A program made the position numbers and the translations under genes. From an uncultured Solirubrobacterales bacterium (GTDB taxonomy: Bacteria; Actinomycetota; Thermoleophilia; Solirubrobacterales; Solirubrobacteraceae): a DNA stretch of 64,000 nucleotides. Location: positions 42,125-106,124 of the forward strand of contig CAVUQG010000013.1 of assembly GCA_963743555.1 (NCBI GenBank), written 5' to 3'. Numbering within the stretch: the first letter of the stretch is position 1; each line of letters begins with the position of its first letter. Under the pieces are notes generated by a model. The model was given only the letters and a program-made list of their open reading frames with translations. It made no database searches and was not told where the DNA came from. Below are positions 50,647 to 61,318 of this stretch, in pieces.

Positions 50647-51885
50647 TCAGCCAGACGTATTGAAGACGCGCCAGAAGACGGGTGCCCCGTTCACCATGCG
50701 GTCGATGGCGTAAGTGGAAAGGGTCGTTTCGCCGTTCGGCTGTATCGAGTACACACCGAGCACCGACTGGCGTTCGTGTGTCGCGAAGAACTTGTCGATC
50801 ACCGCCTGGCGATCGTCGCCGTCTGCGCCGGCAGCGCGGATCGAGGCGAGCACGACGCTCATCGTCTCGTAGCCGTACAGCGCATACGCTTCGCCCGCCG
50901 TCGCGAAGTGGCGACGGTATTCGCTCAGCACATGCCGCGCCGCGAGCGGATAGAGATCGATGGGCAGCACCGGCGAGCCGATGAACGTCGCGCTTTCGGC
51001 GGCCCGAAGGTGCGAAGTGAACACGCTGTTGTTCATCGTCGCCGAGGCAAGCAGCGAGAGGTGCGGCGCCGCGGTATGCAGCTCGCGCCAGAGTTCTGCT
51101 GCTTCCTCAGTGGCGGTCGCGCTGACGAACACGGCCTGCGTACCACTTTCGGAGACCTTCTTCACCTCGCCGGTGAAGCTCGCGCCCGGAGCGATCGTGA
51201 CCGTGTCGTCGCCCAACACCTTGATCCCGGCGTGTTCGGCATCGCCTTGGACGATCGCCGCCAGCGGCGTGTCGAAGGGGTCCTGGTCTGCGACCAAATA
51301 CAGCTTGTGTATCCCAAGTCGGCGCAGCAACGCCACCTGCGCGGCCGCCTGAACCGTGTCGCCGGGCGCGATCCGTCCGAATGTGCGCTTGCCCGTGAGG
51401 TAGAAGCGTTCAGGCTCGCCTTGGTTGGCGTCAAACGAGGTCGTCAAGCCTACGTATGGACTTGCCGGGCTGACCTGCAGGATGCCGGCGGCATTGGTCA
51501 GCGGCAGCGACACGGCGCTCGCGCCGGAGTTGAAGTCGCCGAGATAGGCAATCGTCGTGGGATCCTGCGCCGCCGCCTTCGCGTTGGAGGCGGTGACCCC
51601 CGGATCCCACTCGCCGGTCGTGGCGTTGGAATCGTCAAGCGACACGTAGTTGACCGTGAAGCGGCCGACATGCCCCTGCGCGTCGGACAGCGCGAGCTTC
51701 TCGCCACCGACGATCTGTTGCGAGATCGACCCCTCAGGGCCCTGCAGCGGCAGGCTCGAGTAGATCGTCAGCTGACTGCCGATGTTCTCCGCGGCGGTCG
51801 AGCTGCTTACGCCGCCACAACCGGCCAGCGCCGGCAGAAGGGCGAGAGCGGCAAGGACCCCGGTGCCCGCCCAGCGCGCGCGCAC
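50647..51885 (-). CDS. Branched-chain amino acid ABC transporter substrate-binding lipoprotein (LivJ-like)
   Basis: Lipobox LAGC, IYSSLPLQG, YLGDFNSGAS, QVSPAS. Confidence 0.88.
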   Translation of the reverse strand: MRARWAGTGVLAALALLPALAGCGGVSSSTAAENIGSQLTIYSSLPLQGPEGSISQQIVGGEKLALSDAQGHVGRFTVNYVSLDDSNATTGEWDPGVTASNAKAAAQDPTTIAYLGDFNSGASAVSLPLTNAAGILQVSPASPYVGLTTSFDANQGEPERFYLTGKRTFGRIAPGDTVQAAAQVALLRRLGIHKLYLVADQDPFDTPLAAIVQGDAEHAGIKVLGDDTVTIAPGASFTGEVKKVSESGTQAVFVSATATEEAAELWRELHTAAPHLSLLASATMNNSVFTSHLRAAESATFIGSPVLPIDLYPLAARHVLSEYRRHFATAGEAYALYGYETMSVVLASIRAAGADGDDRQAVIDKFFATHERQSVLGVYSIQPNGETTLSTYAIDRMVNGAPVFWRVFNTSG

Positions 51886-51892
51886 GCGATAG

Positions 51893-52063
51893 CTAGTGCC
51901 CGGGGTTGCGACGGCCCGGAAGGTAGCCGGAGAGGATCTTCAGCGAAGCGCCGACAATCGTAACCAGCGTCGCGAGCATGAAGGAGTCGAAGCCCTTCGC
52001 GCCCAGCGCCCACAGCACGATCCAAATGACCAGCCCGGCGGTTACGGTGAGTACCAGTCCCAT
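51893..52063 (-). CDS. Small two-TM membrane protein (56 aa, absent from ORF track)
   Basis: Manual translation MGLVLTVTAGLVIWIVLWALGAKGFDSFMLATLVTIVGASLKILSGYLPGRRNPGH; stop 7 nt before the lipoprotein start. Confidence 0.7.
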   Translation of the reverse strand: MGLVLTVTAGLVIWIVLWALGAKGFDSFMLATLVTIVGASLKILSGYLPGRRNPGH

Positions 52064-52241
52064 TGCGGGCGAATCCTATAACAGCCTGCGCGAGTAGGAC
52101 GCCGCATAGGCCGCAGCGCCCGCATACCGACTCAAGCGCAGACCGCTCAGGCGGCCACGCGGATGTGAGCGCTCGAGCCCCCGACGTCGAGGTCGCTACA
52201 AGCTCACCGGTAGGCCAGCCATCCGCGGACGCCTCCGGAAG

Positions 52242-53087
52242 CTACGCCGCCAAGGCCGCGGCGAGCTCGCCGACGACTTCGCCGACGGCCCCGGCGGGAT
52301 CCTCGGACTCGGCCGCGGCGCGCACCAGGCGTGTGCCGACGATCACGCCGTCCGCCCCGGCCTGCGCCGCTTGCAAGGCATGCTCGGGAGTCGAGATCCC
52401 GAAGCCAAGCGCTACAGGCGCGGCTGTGTTTGCCTTTGCGCGGCTCACAACCTCGGCGAAGCGATCCGACAGCGCGGCCCGCTCGCCGGTCGTGCCGACG
52501 ACCGACACGGTGTAGAGAAAGCCGCGCGCTCGCTCTCCGATCCTTGAAAGGCGCTCGGGTGGCGTGGTGGGCGCGACCAACGGCACCAGCGCAAGGCCGT
52601 GGGCATCGCAAGCGCCAAGCACCTGTGGCGCCTCCTCCAACGGCAGGTCCGGAACGATCAGCCCGCTCGCACCGCTCTGGGCAAGACGCTCGACAAACGC
52701 CTCTGCCCCAGGCGCAAAGACCATGTTGGCGTAACACATGAGTACCACCGGCACGCTCGGCGCGAGCGTCCGCGCGACCTCAAGCACGCCTGTGAGGCTC
52801 GCGCCCGCGGCGAGCGCACGCGTACCGGCCTCGTGAATCACAGGACCGTCAGCAAGCGGATCGGAGTAGGGCACGCCCAGCTCCAGCAGATCGGCACCAG
52901 CGGCAACGCAAGCCTGGCCGATCTTCGCCGACTCCTCAAGCGTTGGAAAGCCTCCCATCAGGTACGGCATCAGCGCGGCCCGCTTGCCGCTGCTCGCGAA
53001 GGCAGCAGCGATCCTGTCGATGCCGGCCTGTCCCCCGCCATGGGGGGTGGCCTGTCCCCCGTCATGGGGGGTCGCGGTAGCGCTCAC
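52242..53087 (-). CDS. trpA: Tryptophan synthase alpha chain
   Basis: ALMPYL, ELGVPYSDPLADGPVI, IVPDLP, GFGIS, ADGVIVG. Confidence 0.96.
   Translation of the reverse strand: MSATATPHDGGQATPHGGGQAGIDRIAAAFASSGKRAALMPYLMGGFPTLEESAKIGQACVAAGADLLELGVPYSDPLADGPVIHEAGTRALAAGASLTGVLEVARTLAPSVPVVLMCYANMVFAPGAEAFVERLAQSGASGLIVPDLPLEEAPQVLGACDAHGLALVPLVAPTTPPERLSRIGERARGFLYTVSVVGTTGERAALSDRFAEVVSRAKANTAAPVALGFGISTPEHALQAAQAGADGVIVGTRLVRAAAESEDPAGAVGEVVGELAAALAA
53025..53072. repeat. 24-bp tandem hairpin repeat in the trpA N-terminal extension
   Basis: GGCCTGTCCCCCG(C/T)CATGGGGGGT x2; 18-bp inverted copy at 49531..49548. Confidence 0.75.
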
Positions 53088-53195
53088 AGCCGCGATCCAA
53101 AGACAAAAAGAGCCGGCTGGCCCGCGCGGCACAGCGCGACCGGCCACACGGGAAACCTCAAGGGATACAGCGAATCTTGTCTCCCAAAAAAAACC

Positions 53196-54357
53196 TCAGC
53201 CGGCATCGAGCACCTCAACCAAATCCTTGTCGCCGCGCCCTGACAGACACACGAGGTCCAGCTCGCCCTCGGTTTGCGCAAGCGTCCAGGCGAGCGCATG
53301 CGCGGTCTCAAGCGCCGGAATGATCCCCTCCAGGCGCGCAACCTCACGGAACGCGGCCAGCGCCTGACGGTCGGTGATGGCCTCGTAGCGGGCCCTGCCG
53401 CTGTCGCGCAGGTACGCGTGCTGGGGTCCCGTTCCGGGATAGTCCAGGCCGGCCGAGATCGAGTGCGCCTCGATGATCTGGCCCTCCTCGTCCTGCATAA
53501 CCGCCGAGAGCGCCCCGTGCAACACGCCGGCACGGCCGGCCACCGTCAGCGGCGCGCCGTGGCGCTCGGTGTCGATCCCGTCGCCGCCGGCCTCCACGCC
53601 GATCAGCTCGACGCCCTCGTCGTCGAGGAATGCCGTGAAGATGCCAAGCGCATTGGAGCCCCCGCCGACGCAAGCGATCACGCGCGCAGGCAGACGCCCC
53701 GCCCGCTCCAGCAGCTGCGCACGCGCCTCGTCGCCGATCACGCGCTGCAGATCACGCACCAGGGCAGGGTATGGCGCCGGACCGACGACCGAGCCGATTA
53801 TGTAATGGGTATCGCCGACGTTAGTCACCCAGTCGCGGATTGCCGCGGAGGTAGCCTCCTTGAGCGTGCGCGCACCGGCATCGACCGCATGCACGCGCGC
53901 CCCGAGCAGTTCCATGCGCTGCACATTCGGCGCCTGGCGGCGAGTGTCCTCGGTGCCCATGTAGATCACGCACTCAAGGTCGAGCAGCGCACAAACGGTA
54001 GCGGTGGCGACGCCGTGCTGGCCAGCTCCGGTCTCGGCGATGATCCGGTGCTTGCCCATGCGCTTGGCCAACAGCGCCTGCCCAAGCGCGTTGTTGAGCT
54101 TGTGTGAACCGGTGTGGTTGAGATCCTCGCGCTTTAGATAGACGGGCCGGCCGAGCCGCTCGGAGATGCGCTCGGCGAGGTACAGGGGAGTGGGACGCCC
54201 GGCGAAGTCGCGCAGCAGGCGGTCGAGCTCGGCGCGTGTACGCGGGATCCTCGCGCGCAACATGCCAGGCTTGCTCCAACTCCGCCAGCGCCGGCATCAG
54301 CGTCTCGGGAACATACTGGCCCCCATAGGGCCCAAAGCGATGCTCGACTGCGCTCAC
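53196..54357 (-). CDS. trpB: Tryptophan synthase beta chain (frameshift near 54240)
   Basis: [60 protein letters not shown]. Confidence 0.96.
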
Positions 54358-55136
54358 GTGGGCGAGCCTACCGACGGCGTCGCCTCCTGCGACGGCTCGC
54401 CGAGCGAGACCGTCTCGGTGAGCTCAGGATCGTGGGAAACGGCCGGATCCTCGGGCACCGGGGCTGAGGCAGGCGAAGCGAAGGCGGCACGATCCACCGC
54501 AGCGAAGAAATCGCGCAGCAACGCCGGATCCTTGATCCCAGGCGCGCTCTCGGTGGCGCTGGCGGTGTCGACAGCGAACGGACGCACACGCTCGATCGCC
54601 TCGCCCACGTTGCCGGGATTCAGGCCACCGCTGAAGATCAGCGGCACTTTCGAGCGCCGCCCGGCCAGCAGCGCCCAGTCGAAGGTCTCCCCCGTGCCGC
54701 CGCGCAACTGCTCGTGTCCAGGCTCTGTCGAGCGTGCGTCGAGCAAATGAAAGTCGGTGTGGAAGCGGGCTGCGTCCTGGATGTCGGCCAGGCCGGACAC
54801 CTGTAGCGCCTTGACTATGCGTGCGCCGGTGCGTCGAGCGGCCTCCGCGCAGAAGGAGGGCCCCTCGTCGCCGTGCAGCTGCAGCAGCGTCAAGCCGAGC
54901 TGCTCGCTGACGCCAACGATCTCCTCCATCTGCGCGTTTACGAACACCCCGCACAACTCCACCTTGCGGCGCAGGCTCGTCGCGATGCGCTGTCCCTCGG
55001 CAAGCGAGCAAGCGCGGGGGGAGGCGTCGAAGAACACCATGCCCACCGCCCAGCTTCCGAGCTCGACGGCCAGCTCGGCGTCCTGCAGGCGGGTGATCCC
55101 GCAGATCTTCACTTGCGTGTTCCCGTCGGAGGACAT
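54354..55136 (-). CDS. trpF: Phosphoribosylanthranilate isomerase
   Basis: [30 protein letters not shown]. Confidence 0.95.
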   Translation of the reverse strand: MSSDGNTQVKICGITRLQDAELAVELGSWAVGMVFFDASPRACSLAEGQRIATSLRRKVELCGVFVNAQMEEIVGVSEQLGLTLLQLHGDEGPSFCAEAARRTGARIVKALQVSGLADIQDAARFHTDFHLLDARSTEPGHEQLRGGTGETFDWALLAGRRSKVPLIFSGGLNPGNVGEAIERVRPFAVDTASATESAPGIKDPALLRDFFAAVDRAAFASPASAPVPEDPAVSHDPELTETVSLGEPSQEATPSVGSPT

Positions 55137-55156
55137 GCCCCAACGGTAGCGGCCCC

Positions 55157-56368
55157 TTAGCCTTCGGGCGTGTTGGGGTTCTTGATCGAGTTCGGACGCG
55201 CCGTGAGCGTCACTTTGATCGTCTTCTTTTCATAGGTGCCCTTGCCGGTCGCACGCATCACTTCGACCGAGATCGTGTCGCCAGGCTTCTTGGACCCGAT
55301 CAAGGACGAAAGATCTTCAGCGCTGCTGATCGCTTTGCCGTCGACCCCGACGATGATGTCGCCGCCGACGGCCACCTTGCCGCCGCCCAACTGCGCTTCG
55401 AGGTTGCCGCCGCGCAGTCCTGCCTTCGCCGCCGGCGTGCCAGCTTCCACGGTCTCGACCATGGCCCCGCTCTTCACCGGCAAGTTCAGGGCGGAGAGCG
55501 AGCCGTCGACGCTGATCGTGCTGACGCCGAGATAGGCACCGCTGACAGTCCCGCCTTTCTCAAGCTGAGGAAGCTCAGACTTGGCGGTGTTGATCGGGAT
55601 CGAGAAGCCGATCCCCACGCTGCCGTCGCCGCTGCCGCCGGTCTCGATCTGGGAGTTGATGCCGATCACTTCGCCCTTCTCGTTGAGGAGCGGCCCACCA
55701 GAGTTGCCGGGATTGATCGGCGCATCGGTCTGCAGAACATTGTCGATCGAGAAGCCGTTGGGTGAGGTGATCTGACGCTGTAGCGCTGAGACGACGCCAG
55801 TGGTGAGCGTGCGGTCGTAACCGAAGGGGTTGCCGATCGCGAGCACCGGATCGCCGACCTGCGCCTTGCTGGAGTTCCCGAGCGTCAACACGTGCATCGT
55901 GAGACCTTCGGTCGGGATCCGCAACACGGCAAGATCGTTGGAGGGATCCTTGCCGATCACTTTCGCTTCGACGGTCTTGCCGTGTTCGAAGCTGACCTCG
56001 ACCTTGACGGCGTTCTCGACCACGTGGTAGTTGGTCAGGATCGTACCGTTGCTGTTGATGACAAAGCCAGAGCCGGTGGCCGTCCCCTGCTCGCTTTCGC
56101 CGCCAAGGCTGAAGGGCGATTCGGTCTGCTTGACGATCGTGGAGGTCACGAGCGCGACCCCGGGCGCATCCCGTTCGTATATCTGGTGCGGAGTCAGGCC
56201 GCCACCTTGCTGCGATGCGTTCGACGGAGCCACTGGAGTCGAAGCCTGTTGCACGATCGTGACTGTCTTCGAGGAGGAGCCGAGATCGCCAGCGGCCGCG
56301 ACCACAGCGACGACAACCCCGCCACCGATCAGGGCCGAGAGGAGAGGAATGAGGAACGTACGCTTCAT
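55157..56368 (-). CDS. HtrA/DegP-family serine protease with PDZ domain
   Basis: N-terminal TM, GSGFV, TNYHVV, DLAVL, QTDAPINPGNSGGPL, PDZ. Confidence 0.95.
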   Translation of the reverse strand: MKRTFLIPLLSALIGGGVVVAVVAAAGDLGSSSKTVTIVQQASTPVAPSNASQQGGGLTPHQIYERDAPGVALVTSTIVKQTESPFSLGGESEQGTATGSGFVINSNGTILTNYHVVENAVKVEVSFEHGKTVEAKVIGKDPSNDLAVLRIPTEGLTMHVLTLGNSSKAQVGDPVLAIGNPFGYDRTLTTGVVSALQRQITSPNGFSIDNVLQTDAPINPGNSGGPLLNEKGEVIGINSQIETGGSGDGSVGIGFSIPINTAKSELPQLEKGGTVSGAYLGVSTISVDGSLSALNLPVKSGAMVETVEAGTPAAKAGLRGGNLEAQLGGGKVAVGGDIIVGVDGKAISSAEDLSSLIGSKKPGDTISVEVMRATGKGTYEKKTIKVTLTARPNSIKNPNTPEG

Positions 56369-56433
56369 TGGTAGTCAGGATGAGGGATGGCGATCAACGA
56401 GAACTAAAGAGGACCATGCGACTTTATAAAAAA

Positions 56434-57220
56434 TCAGAACGTAGGCGCCGATGAGCCTGCCAGTAGAGCGGCAAGTGCCTGCTCAGGCTCAGGCGCCCGC
56501 ATCAACGACTCGCCGACAAGCACCGCCGCCACCCCAGCACGCTCCAGCTGCTCCAGCTGTTGCGGCCCGGAGATCCCAGACTCGGACACCACGGTCGTCC
56601 CCGCAGGCATCTCGCCCAGTAGCCGTTCGGTGCGTCCGATATCGACGCTGAAGTCCCGCAGGTCGCGGTTATTCACGCCGATCAGCCGCGCCTCGACCTG
56701 CTCTGCGCGCGCAAGCTCGTCGCGGTCGTGCACCTCCACGAGCACGTCCAAGCCAAGCCTGAGTGCGCGATCGTACAGCGAGGCAAGCTCCTCTTGCTCG
56801 AGCGCTGCCACGATCAGCAGCACGGCATCGGCGCCAGCAACCACAGCCTCATACAGCTGATATGGATCGACAACAAAGTCCTTGCGCAAGATCGGCAACC
56901 CACACGCGCCCCGCGCCGTATCGATGTCGGCTAGCGATCCATCGAAGTTCGGCCCCTCGGTCAGCACCGACAAAGCACTCGCCCCACCGCGCTCATAGGC
57001 GCTGACGATCTCTGCGACGTCAGGCTCCGGCTCGCGCAGCTTGCCCGCCGAGGGAGAGCGGCGCTTGAACTCGGCGATCACAGAAATACCCGGGGCAGCG
57101 AGCGCCTGGCGAAACCGGCTCGGTCGGCGCGAGCTTATGTCTGTCCCGATAGGTCTTTGTTGCTTGCGACGCTCAACCTCTTGACGAGTTTCGGCCAAGA
57201 TGCGGTGCCAACACAGTCAT
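56434..57220 (-). CDS. trpC: Indole-3-glycerol phosphate synthase (probable 1-nt indel near the start)
   Basis: IAEFKRRSPSAG, SVLTE, LRKDF, GVNNRDL, SESGI; ATG at 57220 overlaps the trpD stop. Confidence 0.95.
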
Positions 57221-58266
57221 CCAGCCACCTGCTCAGGTGCGTGGCGGCGGCTGGCCTGCACATAACGTTCGAGCGCCGCGGAAGCGCCCCCAGACGCGAT
57301 CGCCGCACGTGCAGCCTCGACGCCGCTTGCGATCGAATCGGCAGCACCCGCGGCATAGATCGCGGCGCCCGCATTGATCAACACCAGATCGGCGCGCACG
57401 CTCTGCTCCCCGTCGAACACCGCACGCGTGACCGCGGCGTTCTCGGCCGGCGAGCCACCGCCAAGCAGCGGGTCGGAAGGATCCGCAAGTCCGATGCCAA
57501 CATCTTGGGGCGTGAGCACATAGCGCTTCAGCTCATCGCCGTTGACCTCGACCACCTGAGTGGCCGCCGAGGTGGAGACCTCGTCGAGCCCATCCTCGCC
57601 GGCGACGACAAGCGCGCGCTGCACGCCGAGGCGTGCCAGCGCACCCGCGATCGTCTCCAGGAAGCTCGAATCGGCGACGCCGACAAGCTGCTGGTTGGCG
57701 CCCGCCGGATTGGTTAGCGGCCCGAGGAAGTCGAAGATTGTGCGCACCGCCAGCTCGCTTCTGACCGGCACCACGAAACGAGTGGCCTGGTGGTGGGCAG
57801 GCGCGAACATGAAGCCGAAGCCGGCCTCCTCGATGCACTGCGCGACGGCATCAGGACCGAGGTCGATGCGTGCGCCGAGCGCCTCCAAGAGGTCGGCCGA
57901 GCCAGACGAACTGGTCGCCGAGCGGTTACCATGCTTGGCCACAGCGCAGCCCGCGCCGGCCGCCACCAGGGCGGCCGTGGTGGAGACATTGAAGGTACGC
58001 CGGCCACCGCCGGTACCGGCCGTGTCGAGCAGGTCGTGGCGCTTGGTCGGCACATGTGCCGCCAGCTCGCGCATCGTGCCGGCCAGCCCGGCCAGCTCGT
58101 CAACCGTCTCCCCCTTCGTGCGCAGCGCGATCAGAAAGGCGGCGATCTGGGTCTCCGAGACATCGCCGTGCATGATCTCGGCGAGCACCTCAGCGGCCTC
58201 CTGCCGGCTCAGGTCGCGACGCGAGGCGACCGCATCGATCGCCCGTGTGAGGGTGGGATTGGGCAC
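57217..58266 (-). CDS. trpD: Anthranilate phosphoribosyltransferase
   Basis: DTAGTGG, FNVST, KHGNRS..SGSAD, LGPLTNP, GLDE. Confidence 0.96.
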   Translation of the reverse strand: MPNPTLTRAIDAVASRRDLSRQEAAEVLAEIMHGDVSETQIAAFLIALRTKGETVDELAGLAGTMRELAAHVPTKRHDLLDTAGTGGGRRTFNVSTTAALVAAGAGCAVAKHGNRSATSSSGSADLLEALGARIDLGPDAVAQCIEEAGFGFMFAPAHHQATRFVVPVRSELAVRTIFDFLGPLTNPAGANQQLVGVADSSFLETIAGALARLGVQRALVVAGEDGLDEVSTSAATQVVEVNGDELKRYVLTPQDVGIGLADPSDPLLGGGSPAENAAVTRAVFDGEQSVRADLVLINAGAAIYAAGAADSIASGVEAARAAIASGGASAALERYVQASRRHAPEQVAG

Positions 58267-58295
58267 CTACCGGACCCCTGCCCAGACGAGCATTC

Positions 58296-58389
58296 GGTGG
58301 GTGGGGTGTATTATTATTTTTTGAAAACTACAATAGTAGCTACATATTGTAGTCTCAATGGTATTTGTCATATTTTGGATGTACCCACC
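58296..58389. repeat. AT-rich palindromic element, copy B
   Basis: GGTGGGT/ACCCACC ends, inner ACTACAATA/TATTGTAGT; 58328..58365 matches 29809..29846 at 31 of 38 positions by manual alignment. Confidence 0.62.
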
Positions 58390-58973
58390 TGTACGCCGCC
58401 GTTGGACACGACGCCTGCCGCGAGAAAGTTTGCCAGGAGCTTCTTGCCTTCATCCGTGAGCACCGACTCGGGATGAAACTGGACGCCCTCAGCTGGCAGC
58501 TCGCGATGGCGCAACGCCATCAACACGCCGCCACCGTGCGCGGTCGCTTCCAGACAATCGGGCAGCGCCTCGTCGACGACAAGCGAGTGATAGCGCCCGA
58601 CCTTCAGCGGCGAAGTGAGCCCAGCAAAGATCGTGCGCCCGTCGTGCTCGATCGTGGTCGCCTTGCCGTGCACTGGCTCATGCAGCTTGACGACACCGCC
58701 GAACGCCTGGGCCATCGACTGGTGGCCGAGGCAGACACCGAGCGTGGGAATGGCGGCTTCCGGCATCCGCCGCGCCACCTCCAGCGAGATGCCGGCCTCG
58801 TTGGGAGTGCAAGGGCCCGGTGAGATCACACAGCGCTCGTAGGAGTCTTCGAGCAACTGCTCGACGGTGGCAGCGTCGTTACGCACCGCGCAGACTTCGG
58901 CCCCCAGCTCGCCCAGGTACTGGACGAGGTTGTAGGCGAACGAGTCGTAGTTGTCGATGACAAGCACGCGCAT
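58368..58973 (-). CDS. trpG: Anthranilate synthase component II (glutamine amidotransferase)
   Basis: IDNYDSF.YNL, ISPGPC, GVCLGHQ, RYHSL, QFHPES. Confidence 0.94.
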   Translation of the reverse strand: MRVLVIDNYDSFAYNLVQYLGELGAEVCAVRNDAATVEQLLEDSYERCVISPGPCTPNEAGISLEVARRMPEAAIPTLGVCLGHQSMAQAFGGVVKLHEPVHGKATTIEHDGRTIFAGLTSPLKVGRYHSLVVDEALPDCLEATAHGGGVLMALRHRELPAEGVQFHPESVLTDEGKKLLANFLAAGVVSNGGVQVGTSKI

Positions 58974-59053
58974 CCGCTAGACCCTCCTTGCCGGACGCAC
59001 CTGAGGACGCACGCGCTTCGTTTCACCGCACCCGTCGTTGAAGCCGCGCATGT

Positions 59054-60607
59054 TCAAGCCCAATCCGGCTGTTCGCAGGCAAGCTCGACGGCGCGCAGCA
59101 CCGCCTTACTCTTGTTCACCGACTCCTCGTACTCGTACTCGGGCTTAGCGTCGGCCACTGTGCCGCCGCCGGCCTGCACGTGCGCGACACCCTCCTTGAC
59201 GACGACGGTGCGGATATGGATCGCCGTGTCGAGGTCGCCCGTGTAGCTGAGATAGCCGATCGCGCCACCGTAGCCGCCGCGCTTGGTGGACTCCAGCTCG
59301 TCGATTATCTGCATCGCGCGCACCTTCGGAGCGCCCGAGAGCGTGCCAGGCGGCAGCACCGAGCGCAGTGCGTCCATCGCGCCCACGTCCTCGCGCAAGA
59401 TGCCAGACACAGAGGAGACGATGTGCATCACGTGGCTATAGGTCTCGATCTCCATCAGCTCGTCGACCGTCACGCTGCCGTACTCACACACACGTCCGAG
59501 GTCGTTACGTCCCAGATCGACGAGCATCACGTGCTCGGCGCGCTCCTTCTCGTCTTCGAGCAGCTCGTCGGCGATGCGCCGATCCTCCTCCGGCCTGGCC
59601 CCGCGCGGGCGCGTGCCGGCGATCGGGCGCGTGGACACGTGGCGTGCAGAGACAGTGAGCAGCGGCTCGGGACTCGCGCCGGCGATCTGGAAATCGCCGA
59701 AGTCCAAGAAGTACATATAGGGACTTGGGTTGACGGTGCGCAAGCCTCTGTATATGGAGAAACCCTCGACGGGCACCTTGGCCGAGAAGCGCTGCGAGGG
59801 CACGACCTGGAAAGCGTCGCCCGCGTAGATGTACTCGACGATCCGCGCCACCATCGCTTCAAAGTGCTCGCGCGTCATGTTCGACTCGAAACGCGGCGCC
59901 GCGTGCGCCCTCGGGAGGGCGGCGCCACCCGCATTGCCTGCGGCATCGATCTCCGAATCGCCTGTGTCGGCAACAACCCCCCTTTCAGCAACACCACCTT
60001 CAGTAACAACACCCCTTCTCGGAACCGGCCCCGATAGACACGCGCGCACCTCGGCGATCGTCGTGGCGGCCGCCGCGCGCGCCCGCTGCTCGTCAGGCTC
60101 GGCCTCGAGGTCGGCATTCGCGAGGATCGTGATCGTATGCTCGAGGTGGTCGAAGACGACAAGCGCATCGGTCAGCATCAGCGCCATGTCCGGCAGACCG
60201 AGCGCGTCCGAATTCGGCTCGGCGAGCGGCTCCACAGTGCGCACTAGGTCATAGCCAAAGTAGCCCACGGCACCCCCCATGAATGGGAACCCACCGACCC
60301 CGTCGGGCAGCGGCGCCTGGCGACAGTCGGCTACCGCGGCGGCCGCCAACGCATATGGGTCACCCGGATCGCCAAGCGACCAGCGCAACACCCTGTGCGG
60401 GCGGAAGCCGATGAACGAGTAGCGGCCCATGCGCTGACCTTGCTCGGCCGACTCCAGCAGGAAGGCGGGTTCGTCCGGCGCCAGCTCGCGCAGCTTCAAA
60501 AACGCCGACACCGGTGTCTCGCAGTCGGCGATGAATGTCTCATGCAGCGGGATCAGGTTATAGGCATCCGCTGCCTGCGACGGGGGGGCACTACCGGCGG
60601 CGCTCAT
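59054..60607 (-). CDS. trpE: Anthranilate synthase component I
   Basis: LLESAE, NPSPYM, ASPE, PIAGTRPRG, EHVMLVDLGRND, GTLSGAPK. Confidence 0.95.
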   Translation of the reverse strand: MSAAGSAPPSQAADAYNLIPLHETFIADCETPVSAFLKLRELAPDEPAFLLESAEQGQRMGRYSFIGFRPHRVLRWSLGDPGDPYALAAAAVADCRQAPLPDGVGGFPFMGGAVGYFGYDLVRTVEPLAEPNSDALGLPDMALMLTDALVVFDHLEHTITILANADLEAEPDEQRARAAAATTIAEVRACLSGPVPRRGVVTEGGVAERGVVADTGDSEIDAAGNAGGAALPRAHAAPRFESNMTREHFEAMVARIVEYIYAGDAFQVVPSQRFSAKVPVEGFSIYRGLRTVNPSPYMYFLDFGDFQIAGASPEPLLTVSARHVSTRPIAGTRPRGARPEEDRRIADELLEDEKERAEHVMLVDLGRNDLGRVCEYGSVTVDELMEIETYSHVMHIVSSVSGILREDVGAMDALRSVLPPGTLSGAPKVRAMQIIDELESTKRGGYGGAIGYLSYTGDLDTAIHIRTVVVKEGVAHVQAGGGTVADAKPEYEYEESVNKSKAVLRAVELACEQPDWA

Positions 60608-60664
60608 CGCGCGTACCCCAGCAGACGCGTGCCCCCGCAAATGCCGACCGCTCCGTGGCGGACG

Positions 60665-61291
60665 CTAACGACGACGTCCATCGAGCACTCGCTCCGCATC
60701 GGACAAGACACGCCCGCGGCTGTGCAACAGCACAAGCAGGTGATAGAGCAGGTCGGCGGCCTCTTCGTCCACGCGCTCATCGGTCTCTTCGCGTGCGGCA
60801 CGGGAGACCTCCTCGGCCTCCTCCATCACCTTCTCGCCGATGCGCTTGGGATCGTCGAGCAACTCCACGGTGTAGGAGCCCGCTGGACGCTCGCTTGCGC
60901 GCTCGCGCAACGTGCGCTCGAGCGCGGGCAGCGTCTCGTGTGGAGCTGCATACTCCAGCTCACCGCGATAGAAACAGCTGCGCTCGCCCGTATGGCAGGC
61001 CGGTCCGGCAGGCTCGACGAGCGCGAGCAGAGCATCGCCGTCGCAGTCGACACGCAGCGCTCGCACCGCCTGTGTGTTGCCGCTCGTGGCGCCCTTGTGC
61101 CACAGCTCTTGGCGCGAGCGACTCCAAAGGTGCAGCTCGCCCGTAGCGCGCGTACGCTCCAGCGCAAGCTCATTCATGTAGGCAAGCGTTAGCACCTCGC
61201 CGCTACTCCAGTCCTGTACCACGCAAGGCACCAGACCGCGCTCGTCGTAGACGAGGAGTTGCTCCACTTCTTCGGCTGCCGCTGCGCTCAT
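60665..61291 (-). CDS. hisIE: Bifunctional phosphoribosyl-AMP cyclohydrolase / phosphoribosyl-ATP pyrophosphatase
   Basis: [43 protein letters not shown]. Confidence 0.95.
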   Translation of the reverse strand: MSAAAAEEVEQLLVYDERGLVPCVVQDWSSGEVLTLAYMNELALERTRATGELHLWSRSRQELWHKGATSGNTQAVRALRVDCDGDALLALVEPAGPACHTGERSCFYRGELEYAAPHETLPALERTLRERASERPAGSYTVELLDDPKRIGEKVMEEAEEVSRAAREETDERVDEEAADLLYHLLVLLHSRGRVLSDAERVLDGRRR

Positions 61292-61318
61292 CTGCGGAAT
61301 TGTAGGTTGCAAGAGACA

